From IMG/VR virus record IMGVR_UViG_2695420503_000022: DNA of 5,722 bases; one strand, given 5' to 3'. The position numbers were made by a program, and so were the translations under genes. The notes under the pieces were generated by a model. It searched no databases and was not told where the DNA came from. It was given only the letters and a program-made list of their open reading frames with translations. Below, one piece after another: positions 1-5,722 of the stretch; the first letter of the stretch is position 1; each line of letters opens with the position of its first letter. This stretch comes from a virus. Lineage: Duplodnaviria > Heunggongvirae > Uroviricota > Caudoviricetes.

Positions 1-66
1 GCAACCCTGACAAAAGTTGGGCGGGATATTCTTGCGAAATCGACCGTTGCCGCCGTTATCGAATAA
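1..66 (+). pseudogene. Orphan 3' end of a second side-tail-fibre constant-region copy, ending at TAA 64..66 (left boundary off-window)
   Basis: Frame 1 reads [21 protein letters not shown]. Nt 1..65 are the exact reverse complement of 3972..4036 inside the minus-strand stf gene (...[26 protein letters not shown]...). Where the active gene continues TAC CTC (Y L), this copy has TAA followed by an A-run. Confidence 0.6.
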
Positions 67-90
67 AAAAAAAAAACGGAAACGGTAAAC
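56..90. other. Degenerate crossover-site relic of recombinant (inverted-state) type: Sc-side half-site, A-tract in place of the core, then the Sv'-side flank
   Basis: 56..65 TTATCGAATA equals the Sc-proximal half of the 3956..3981 site (reverse complement). 78..90 GGAAACGGTAAAC is identical to 897..909 (end of the 875..900 site plus first Sv' codons). The two matches are colinear with no gap, but the 12 nt between them are A11C instead of CCTCGGTTTACA. Confidence 0.55.
65..76. repeat. A12 homopolymer tract
   Basis: Twelve consecutive A directly visible; it occupies the position of the crossover-site core in the relic. Confidence 0.9.
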
Positions 91-139
91 TTTTGAACCT
101 TATCCCGCGGCGTTACATGGTCAATTTGATTCCATTTCC

Positions 140-439
140 ATGTTTTACCTTCTTCACTGCCTGCCTGGAAATATATCTACAAAAAGCTGTGTAATACGCA
201 ATGCGGCGCAGGCCTTAACTGACGATGGAACTCTATACGGAGCCACAATTCTTGGCGATGGAGTTGTGCACAATAGCTTCGGTCAAAAACTGATGCGCAT
301 TTACAATCAGAAAGGCATCTTTTCAAACACAAAAGATTCCGAAGAAGGCTTAACACATATACTCTCAGAGCATTTCGAGAATGTTAAAACCAAGGTTCAA
401 GGTACTGTAGTAATGTTTTCCGCTTCAGGGAAAAAATAG
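140..439 (+). CDS. Hypothetical 99-aa protein, unassigned; possible cargo/moron gene
   Basis: Only sizeable ORF in the 67..493 gap; stop TAG 437..439. No purine-rich Shine-Dalgarno within 15 nt of the ATG (tttgattccatttccATG). No recognisable family from the translation. Composition looks AT-richer than the tail-fibre genes. Confidence 0.3.
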   Translation: MFYLLHCLPGNISTKSCVIRNAAQALTDDGTLYGATILGDGVVHNSFGQKLMRIYNQKGIFSNTKDSEEGLTHILSEHFENVKTKVQGTVVMFSASGKK

Positions 440-446
440 CATCCAA

Positions 447-479
447 CCGCAGCACGTTCTTGCTTAAGACGTGCTGCGG
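447..479. terminator. Strong stem-loop (11-bp perfect stem ccgcagcacgt / acgtgctgcgg); probable terminator of the ancestral stf-tfa operon (minus strand)
   Basis: Perfect 11-bp inverted repeat with 11-nt loop. It lies 15 nt 3' of the tfa-remnant stop (494..496, minus) and 8 nt 3' of the ORF99 stop (plus). On the minus strand a T6 run follows about 10 nt after the stem; no T-run on the plus strand, so not a canonical intrinsic terminator in either direction. Confidence 0.4.
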
Positions 480-493
480 CATAATCCCAATGA

Positions 494-586
494 TTACTCC
501 CTGACAGGGTTCGTAGGCCACTCAATATCAGGTGCAGTTGATGTATCAACACGGTTCAGCAACACCCGATACTTTTTCCAGGCTTC
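494..586 (-). pseudogene. tfa: C-terminal remnant (~30 codons) of a third tail-fibre assembly (Tfa) gene, fused in frame behind the invertase remnant
   Basis: Minus-strand translation in the pin frame reads [30 protein letters not shown] (stop 494..496). It shares the E-W-x-x-Y ... RVDT ... EWP pattern with the C-termini of both in-window tfa genes ([25 protein letters not shown]; [27 protein letters not shown]) and matches my recollection of the lambda Tfa C-terminus. Confidence 0.7.
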
Positions 587-820
587 CACCACCAGCACGA
601 CAAGATGCCGCATACAGTGAACCAGTCAGTCCAGTTTTCAGACAACCAGTGCGTCACCTTTTTGAAGGCGCTTTAAAGCACGTTTTAATCCAGGTCGGCC
701 TGTCCTTGTTCCGCTTAATTTATCTTCAAATATTTGTTCATATCCTGCACAAACAAGAGCGTTTCGTTGCAGATCTGTATTCTGGTCATTTGTTGATACC
801 CTTACATAGCCAATCAGCAC
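587..820 (-). pseudogene. pin: Serine DNA invertase (Pin/Gin/Hin/Cin family) remnant: N-terminal ~78 codons with two in-frame TGA stops, 3' part deleted
   Basis: Translation [76 protein letters not shown] matches the invertase N-terminus as I recall it (MLIGYVRVSTNDQ...DTLVVWKLDRLGRSMKHLISLVGE), with TGA at 638..640 where Trp is expected and TGA at 626..628 where Arg is expected. Likely start is GTG 818..820 preceded by GGAG (the ORF track extends to another GTG at 844). The catalytic Ser in YVRVSTNDQ is present, but the rest of the catalytic domain and the C-terminal DNA-binding domain are absent. Confidence 0.8.
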
Positions 821-874
821 GCTGAATCTCCCGTCCAAAAGCACAAATCATGCCATACAGGCCAGAAACCGCCA

Positions 875-900
875 TTATCTAAAACCTCGGTTTACAGGAA
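875..900. other. 26-bp invertase crossover site (gix/pix-like), invertase-proximal
   Basis: TTATCTAAAACC TC GGTTTACAGGAA: imperfect dyad around a 2-bp core. It matches the gix/hix-type site as I recall it and matches the reverse complement of 3956..3981 at 22 of 26 positions. It is read in frame into the Sv' cassette. Confidence 0.8.
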
Positions 901-1914
901 ACGGTAAACAAGGCTGGTAACGCCGTTCAGCGTTCCGGCGATAAAATGACCGGAGAACTGAAAATTGGCACGGTGAATGCGCTGCGAATTTTCAATGATG
1001 CCTTCGGTCTTATTTTCCGTCGTTCAGAAGATTTTCTTCATTTCATTCCGACGGCTGAAGGACAAGGCGAAAACGGTGATATAGGCCCATTAAGGCCATT
1101 CGCTATAAATCTGAGAACAGGTGCTATATCTGTCAGCCACGGGGCCAAAATTGATGGTGGGCTGGCGCTTGGTACAGATAACGCACTGGGCGGTAATTCC
1201 ATTACTCTCGGAGATAACGACACTGGTATTAAACAGGGCGGCGACGGTGTCCTTTTATTCTATTCAAATGGACAACTGGCATTTGGGCTTCAACCCGCAT
1301 CTGCTGATTTTTATAAGCGGGTTGCATATATTCATCAGGGAATAATTCCTGATGGAAGTGGCGCATTTGCAGACCAGTTGAATAATGCCACCGCGCCTTT
1401 TGTTCAGACGCAGTTTGCCTGGAATCCCACTCCTGGTGGTCATTACGTGCCGATAGTTAAGGGCTTGTCCATTCGCAATGGACAGGGCTATCCCGGCGCG
1501 GTCAGCTTTGGGTATTTACTGACAGAACAGTATGGATTTCCGGTTCCATGTATTCATATGCGTGGCGATGGCGGTAATGATGCTTTATGGCAGTTTAACC
1601 CGAACGATAAATCCTTTATTTCACCGGGTGCTCTTATTGCGGGTGGCGTCCGTTATAACACCGATGGAAATATATTTGGTGGGTGCTGGGGTTCAAACTT
1701 AAATGATTACCTGAATAGTTCTTTTATCAGAAATGTGCGTCTGGGAGGCAGACGTTCTGACACATTATATCGCGGAGGACTTTGCGAACCAGGTAATGGT
1801 CATGTGACAACAGGATTGCAAATTATTGGTGAGGTTGATGGAGATGACTGGATGGTGTCACGACCACTACAAAAATACATTTCTGGTAACTGGTATAACG
1901 TTGAACAGGCATAG
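889..1914 (+). CDS. Alternative tail-fibre C-terminal receptor-binding cassette (Sv'), promoterless and start-less in this orientation
   Basis: Open frame runs continuously from the crossover core (GGT TTA CAG GAA ACG ...) to TAG 1912..1914; the ATG at 946 is in this frame but probably incidental. Shares ALGGNSI[TV]LGDNDTG[IF]KQ[GN]GDG and a C-terminal QKYI[SN]G[NT]WYNV with the expressed cassette. Inversion would fuse it to the stf constant region. Confidence 0.8.
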   Translation, partial: GLQETVNKAGNAVQRSGDKMTGELKIGTVNALRIFNDAFGLIFRRSEDFLHFIPTAEGQGENGDIGPLRPFAINLRTGAISVSHGAKIDGGLALGTDNALGGNSITLGDNDTGIKQGGDGVLLFYSNGQLAFGLQPASADFYKRVAYIHQGIIPDGSGAFADQLNNATAPFVQTQFAWNPTPGGHYVPIVKGLSIRNGQGYPGAVSFGYLLTEQYGFPVPCIHMRGDGGNDALWQFNPNDKSFISPGALIAGGVRYNTDGNIFGGCWGSNLNDYLNSSFIRNVRLGGRRSDTLYRGGLCEPGNGHVTTGLQIIGEVDGDDWMVSRPLQKYISGNWYNVEQA

Positions 1915-1929
1915 CCATCAGGAGAATAT

Positions 1930-2457
1930 ATGCAACATCTGAAAAATATTACCGCCGGAAACCCCAAAACCATTGAGCAGTATCAGCTTACGAAAAAAGC
2001 TGGCGTTATCTGGCTATATACAGAAGACGGTAAAAACTGGTATGACGAATTAAAAAACTTTCAGGATGATACTTTAAAAATAGCTTATGACCAGAAGGGG
2101 ATTATTCGTTGTATTGAGAAAGACGTATCAACACTTAACCCTGACGGGTTAAGTGTTGTTGAGTTACCGAATATAACAGCCAACCGTCGCGCCGATATCT
2201 CGGGAAACTGGAAGTTTCTGGATGGTAAAGTAGTAAAGCGGGAATATACAAAACAGGAACTGCAACAGCAGGCAGAGTTACAAAAAGCCGCTTTGCTTTC
2301 CGAAGCGGAGTCTGTGATTCAACCGCTGGAACGTGCTGTCAGACTGAATATGGCAACTGATGAGGAACGCACACGACTGGAATCATGGGAACGCTACAGC
2401 GTTATGGTCAGCCGTGTGGATACTGCAAAGCCTGAATGGCCACAGAAACCAGAATAA
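1930..2457 (+). CDS. tfa: Tail-fibre assembly chaperone partnered with Sv' (Tfa/U' family)
   Basis: 175 aa; AGGAG at 1920..1924 five nt before the ATG. N-terminus [38 protein letters not shown] is a close paralogue of the minus-strand tfa and Mu U-like; typical Tfa C-terminal motif. Confidence 0.85.
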   Translation: MQHLKNITAGNPKTIEQYQLTKKAGVIWLYTEDGKNWYDELKNFQDDTLKIAYDQKGIIRCIEKDVSTLNPDGLSVVELPNITANRRADISGNWKFLDGKVVKREYTKQELQQQAELQKAALLSEAESVIQPLERAVRLNMATDEERTRLESWERYSVMVSRVDTAKPEWPQKPE

Positions 2458-2466
2458 CAACAAATT

Positions 2467-2486
2467 AAGGCCCGTACGGGCCTTTT
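2467..2486. terminator. Bidirectional intrinsic terminator between the convergent tfa genes
   Basis: aaGGCCCgtacGGGCCtttt: GC stem with a 4-nt loop, T-run on the plus strand and a T-rich tail (aatttgttg) on the minus strand. It sits in the 30-bp gap between stop 2455..2457 and stop 2488..2490. Confidence 0.55.
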
Positions 2487-2487
2487 C

Positions 2488-3021
2488 TTATTCTGGTGGT
2501 TCCGGGAATGTTACAGGAAGAACCGAGGTATCAGTTGTCTCAACCTGTTGCACGTATCGCATCCAGTTCATCAGTTGCTGTCTGTCTGAATCAGTGATAA
2601 TCCCCAAAGTAAGCTGTGTTTGCCAGAACTGCGTTTTTTCTCTGGCCTGCTGTAATAATATTTTTTTCTGGTTTTCCGTCTGTAGGCGCAACTCTTCTTC
2701 GGTATATACACGTTTAATGACTGCGCCATCTTTAAACATCCATTTACCTGAGTCGTCAGCACGCCGGTTGGCGGTAATATCAGGAATCTCAACGACGCTA
2801 TAACCTTCAGGGTTAAGTGTGGAGGCATCTTTGGTTATGGCAACAATAATATTATTTTCATCGTAAACAATCTTTATGGTGTCTGGCTGAAAGTTTTTCA
2901 CTTCCTCATACCAGTTTTTTTCGTCCTCAGAGTAAAGCCAGATAACTCCGTGTTTCTTTGTTAACTCATACTGTTCCAGTGTTTTAGCATTACCCGCTTT
3001 TATGTTCTTTAAGTGCATCAT
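2488..3021 (-). CDS. tfa: Tail-fibre assembly chaperone for the currently expressed fibre (Tfa/U family)
   Basis: 177 aa; its ATG (3019..3021) lies one nt after the stf stop (3023..3025), indicating translational coupling. N-terminus [59 protein letters not shown] resembles Mu U / Tfa proteins as I recall them. Confidence 0.9.
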   Translation of the reverse strand: MMHLKNIKAGNAKTLEQYELTKKHGVIWLYSEDEKNWYEEVKNFQPDTIKIVYDENNIIVAITKDASTLNPEGYSVVEIPDITANRRADDSGKWMFKDGAVIKRVYTEEELRLQTENQKKILLQQAREKTQFWQTQLTLGIITDSDRQQLMNWMRYVQQVETTDTSVLPVTFPEPPE

Positions 3022-3022
3022 A

Positions 3023-5722
3023 TTAAACGCTCGCTACATTATACCAGGTGCCATTTATATACTTTTGAACGGGTCTGTAATAAACGCCCGCTATATTATC
3101 GGCAGAGTTAGACCCTGTATCCTGAACATTAATACCAGACAATACATGACCTGAAGGGCACCGGAAATACCATGTTTGCCAGTTGTTCACTCCATAATAT
3201 TGCTGTGAACCAAGTCGAACATCTTTCACATAACGGGAATCAAAGTTACCGTAATCCGAGGGGTTAACACGCCCTGTAATATTTATGGTTTTATTACTTT
3301 GAATGCTTCCGGAGACAAAGCGCATAACATGGACGTTATTAGCATAAACATCCAGATTACCATCGCCATTTTGTTTAAAGCCCGTGTCATTATCACCCAA
3401 TACAATCGAATTACCGCCAAGAGCACTGGATGTTCCGATACCCAGTGTACCATTCAGTTGACCACCAGATAACGGCAGTGCACCAACATCTCCTGCTGAA
3501 GGTTTTCTGGTGGTGGTGTAAAATTCGGACCAGTCGGCTTCAAAACCATAACCATCACGGGCTGAACGATAAAAAACACCGCCATTTTTATAATTAATCC
3601 GAAACTGAGCTGCAGGACAACTTCCTTCTCCCATATAAAAATGAATAATTAACGTTGATGCACCACTAATAGTTGCGTTATAGGCTCCGCTACTCCAGTT
3701 CCATCCAACTGCTTTATCATTCGCAACGGTGCTTCCTGTTTTCCCTAAGGCAAACGCACCAACATGACTTGCTTTTAATGTGATATCGGAGGAACCATCA
3801 AAAGCCACATTGCTTATTTTCCTGGCAGTTTTTAATTTTGCAGCTGTAGAAGCATTGCCGGATAGTTCACCAGAAAGGCCACCGCTGAATGTTTGTCGAT
3901 TAGTCCAGGTATTCGCTGTACTGAGTAACGGTATTTTCTCCCCGCTTGTGCCGAGTTCTCGTAAACCGAGGTATTCGATAACGGCGGCAACGGTCGATTT
4001 CGCAAGAATATCCCGCCCAACTTTTGTCAGGGTTGCCAGACTGGCAACATCATTCCCCGTAAAATACGGAAACCTGTCTGCCGCAGTAGCAAGCCCGGCC
4101 AGCGCCGTCAGGGTGGCATCTTTCGGTTGCTTACCCGCAAGCGCGTTAGTCATGGTGGTCGCAAAATTCGGGTCGTTGCCCAACGCCGCAGCCAGCTCGT
4201 TCAGCGTATTCAGTGCGTCAGGCGACGAGTCCACGAGGGCAGCGATCGCAGCCATAACATAAGCCGTGCTTGCGATTTGGGTATTATTCGTTCCCTGTCG
4301 CGCAGTTGGTGTTGTTGGCGTTCCGGTCAGTGCAGGACTATTTAAGGGCGCTTTCTTGTTCGTTTCACCCATTACCGCCTTAACCGCTTTTGGCGTTGCC
4401 GCCAGTGACTCGGAAGTGCTGTTGGTCGCACTGCTGAGCTGTACTATCCCCTTTTTCGTCGTGCTCGCATCCTCCAGCGCCACGGCGGATGCAATATCCT
4501 CTGCCCGTTTTGCTGCTGTCTCGGCGCGCGTTGCCGCGGATTCCGCCGTACTTTTGCTCTGAGCTGCCGCCGTCACACTACCAGCTGCCTCTGATGCTTT
4601 CATTGTTGCTGTCGTGGCACTACCTTTCGCTGCTGACGCTTGTCTGGTCGCCTCATCTTTTGAAGCAGACGCAGATGATGCCGATGACGCCGCTGAACTG
4701 GCTGACGATGCGGCTGCCGCCTTAGAGGAAGCAGCATTGTCTGCTGAAGTCTTTGCATTTGTTTCAGAGGTTTTTGCTGCAGAAGCAGACCTCGCTGCTG
4801 CAGTGGCTTGCTCAGTGGCTTTGCCAGCCTTCGTTGTGGCTGTTGAAGCGGATGATGCGGCGCTTTCTGCCGATTTTCCGGCGGCGGTGGCACTGGCTGA
4901 GGCCTGCCCGGCACTTGTTGACGCGGCACTGGCAGACGACGCAGCCGCTGTTTTTGAGCCTGCCGCAGCCGAGGCGCTCTGTCCCGCTGCCGTTTCAGAA
5001 GACCTGGCGTTTGTCTCAGACGTCTTTGCCGCCTTCGCGGAATTGCCTGCCGCCGTTGCCGAGGAAGCGGCACTACTGGCGCTTGATGATGCGTTCGTTT
5101 CTGATGATTTCGCTGCCTCTTTTGAGGCCGCCGCATCCCGGGCTGAGGTGGCTGCTTCTGACGCCTTCGTGGTCGCGGCGGATGCAGAAGTGGCTGCTGA
5201 TTGTTGTGACGCTGCCGCATTCGTTTCTGACGTTTTCGCCGCAGCGGCACTGGTAGCTGCCGCGCTTTTTGAGGACTCTGCAGCAGCAGCACTTTTCGAT
5301 GCTTCACTGGCCTTTGTTGATGCCGTTCCTGCGCTGGAAGACGCTGACTGAGCCGACGACGCGGCCTGTCCGGCTGACGTGCTGGCGGCACGTGCTGAGG
5401 CTGCAGCATCGGTTGCATGAGTTACCGCCTCGCTGGCTGATGCACTGGCATCGCTGGCTGATTTTTTCGCGGCTGCCGTATTCTGTGCAACCGCGGAGGC
5501 GTTACGTGACACTTCTTCCACCATCTGCTCAAAGCGGCGCAGTGCCTCCGGTCGGACATCATCCTCCGTCATGGCACCGAGAAAATCATTCAGCGTACCT
5601 GGTCTGGAACCTTCATAGACGGTAATGGTCCCGGCATGTGAAGGCGGAAAACCTTCAACCAGCAGGGTGACGCTGTACTGACCATGCTCAACATCCATGC
5701 TGTAACGTCCGGCTTCATCCGG
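3023..5722 (-). CDS. stf: Side tail fibre protein (lambda Stf-like), 5'-partial: constant region (3970..5722) fused through the crossover site to the Sv cassette (3023..3967)
   Basis: The open frame continues past the first in-window Met to the window edge (...[37 protein letters not shown]...). N-terminal domain and the KTSETNA-containing Ala/Ser-rich shaft resemble lambda Stf / E. coli StfR as I recall them. The C-terminal part carries the [13 protein letters not shown] motif and ends ...[14 protein letters not shown]. Confidence 0.9.
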   Translation of the reverse strand, partial: PDEAGRYSMDVEHGQYSVTLLVEGFPPSHAGTITVYEGSRPGTLNDFLGAMTEDDVRPEALRRFEQMVEEVSRNASAVAQNTAAAKKSASDASASASEAVTHATDAAASARAASTSAGQAASSAQSASSSAGTASTKASEASKSAAAAESSKSAAATSAAAAKTSETNAAASQQSAATSASAATTKASEAATSARDAAASKEAAKSSETNASSSASSAASSATAAGNSAKAAKTSETNARSSETAAGQSASAAAGSKTAAASSASAASTSAGQASASATAAGKSAESAASSASTATTKAGKATEQATAAARSASAAKTSETNAKTSADNAASSKAAAASSASSAASSASSASASKDEATRQASAAKGSATTATMKASEAAGSVTAAAQSKSTAESAATRAETAAKRAEDIASAVALEDASTTKKGIVQLSSATNSTSESLAATPKAVKAVMGETNKKAPLNSPALTGTPTTPTARQGTNNTQIASTAYVMAAIAALVDSSPDALNTLNELAAALGNDPNFATTMTNALAGKQPKDATLTALAGLATAADRFPYFTGNDVASLATLTKVGRDILAKSTVAAVIEYLGLRELGTSGEKIPLLSTANTWTNRQTFSGGLSGELSGNASTAAKLKTARKISNVAFDGSSDITLKASHVGAFALGKTGSTVANDKAVGWNWSSGAYNATISGASTLIIHFYMGEGSCPAAQFRINYKNGGVFYRSARDGYGFEADWSEFYTTTRKPSAGDVGALPLSGGQLNGTLGIGTSSALGGNSIVLGDNDTGFKQNGDGNLDVYANNVHVMRFVSGSIQSNKTINITGRVNPSDYGNFDSRYVKDVRLGSQQYYGVNNWQTWYFRCPSGHVLSGINVQDTGSNSADNIAGVYYRPVQKYINGTWYNVASV
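3956..3981. other. 26-bp invertase crossover site inside the stf coding sequence (codons I-E-Y-L-G-L-R-E)
   Basis: Plus strand TTCTCGTAAACC GA GGTATTCGATAA; its reverse complement TTATCGAATACC TC GGTTTACGAGAA matches the 875..900 site at 22/26 with an identical TC core and lies in inverted orientation to it. Confidence 0.8.
3972..4036. repeat. Right arm of a 65-bp perfect inverted repeat (left arm 1..65)
   Basis: Reverse complement of 3972..4036 is identical to 1..65; identity breaks at position 66 versus 3971. Confidence 0.85.
4530..5500 (-). repeat. Low-complexity Ala/Ser/Thr-rich periodic repeat region encoding the fibre shaft (approximate bounds)
   Basis: The protein shows reiterated A-A-K-T/S-S-E-T-N-A units and A/S/T runs. 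At DNA level, degenerate ~27-bp repeats of the type gcNgcaaaaacNtcNgaaacaaatgc (minus sense) recur at about 4747, 5030, 5095 and 5225. The GC-rich, stop-poor sequence generates long spurious ORFs in other frames. Confidence 0.7.

Larger units (their letters stand above)
887..3969. other. Invertible DNA segment (about 3.1 kb; Mu G-segment / e14 P-segment-like) between the two crossover cores
   Basis: Bounded by inverted 26-bp sites at 875..900 and 3956..3981. Contents are arranged Sv' -> tfa' -> terminator <- tfa <- Sv, with both cassettes reading inward from the sites and in frame with them. Confidence 0.8.

Noticed and set aside
65-76. A12 tract as a slipped-strand phase-variation switch
   Set aside because: The TAA stop at 64..66 precedes the tract, and changing the tract length would not restore a reading frame into anything recognisable downstream. 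No ORF depends on its length.
381-406. hix-like motif ATGTTAAAACCAAGGTTCAAGGTACT inside ORF99
   Set aside because: Only the central AAAACC-AA-GGTT resembles a Hin-type site. The outer half-site positions do not match, and the AA core differs from the TC core of the two genuine sites, so it could not pair with them. Probably chance.
532-825. 97-aa plus-strand ORF
   Set aside because: It lies entirely antisense to the invertase and tfa remnants, whose translations have clear family signatures. No start context and no recognisable motif, so it is treated as a shadow ORF.
1038-2828. Short ORFs 1038..1223(-), 1121..1345(+), 2360..2803(+), 2571..2828(-)
   Set aside because: They overlap the Sv' and tfa genes in other frames or strands and have no family features, so they are shadow ORFs.
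889-3967. Diversity-generating retroelement (template/variable repeat pair targeting the fibre tip)
   Set aside because: No reverse transcriptase ORF in the window, and the Sv/Sv' similarity shows synonymous divergence across all bases rather than adenine-specific differences over a near-identical repeat.
3780-5625. Multiple long ORFs on both strands (3780..4262, 3832..4020, 4127..4345, 4266..4562, 4489..4725, 4600..5418, 4614..5351, 4753..5256, 5269..5625)
   Set aside because: All overlap the stf gene in alternative frames. Their translations are low-complexity (poly-Ala/Asp, or Arg/Gln/Pro-rich), as expected from a GC-rich repetitive coding region that is poor in stop codons. The stf frame alone shows tail-fibre homology.
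1-5722. CRISPR array, tRNA/rRNA genes, insertion sequence or transposase
   Set aside because: No regularly spaced direct repeats, no cloverleaf or rRNA-like segments noticed, and no ORF with transposase or integrase features. The only recombinase is the serine invertase remnant.

Overview
This window is a phage or prophage side-tail-fibre module on the minus strand, carrying a Gin/Pin/Hin/Cin-type DNA-inversion (host-range) switch whose invertase gene is a decayed remnant. Reading the minus strand from the right: a lambda-Stf-like tail fibre gene (N-terminal domain plus Ala/Ser/Thr-rich shaft; its 5' end lies beyond the window) runs through a 26-bp crossover site (3956..3981) into a C-terminal cassette (Sv, ends 3023), followed by a tightly coupled tail-fibre assembly gene (tfa, 2488..3021). 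Facing them on the plus strand are an alternative, promoterless C-terminal cassette (Sv', 889..1914), which is in frame with the second crossover site (875..900), and its own chaperone gene (tfa', 1930..2457). A palindromic terminator sits between the two tfa genes. Just outside the segment the invertase gene keeps only about 78 N-terminal codons with two in-frame TGA stops, and is then joined to the last ~30 codons of a third tfa gene (494..586). Further left are a strong 11-bp-stem hairpin (447..479), an unassigned AT-richer 99-codon ORF (140..439), and at the window start a 65-bp perfect inverted copy of the stf constant-region end that stops at TAA and runs into a crossover-site relic whose centre is an A12 tract. 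The most unusual aspects are the orphaned switch, the mosaic pin::tfa joint and the fossil junction at the left edge. I see no CRISPR array, rRNA/tRNA or transposase. All protein-family assignments come from reading the translations and recalling the lambda Stf/Tfa, Mu S/U and Gin/Pin families from memory; no database search was run.
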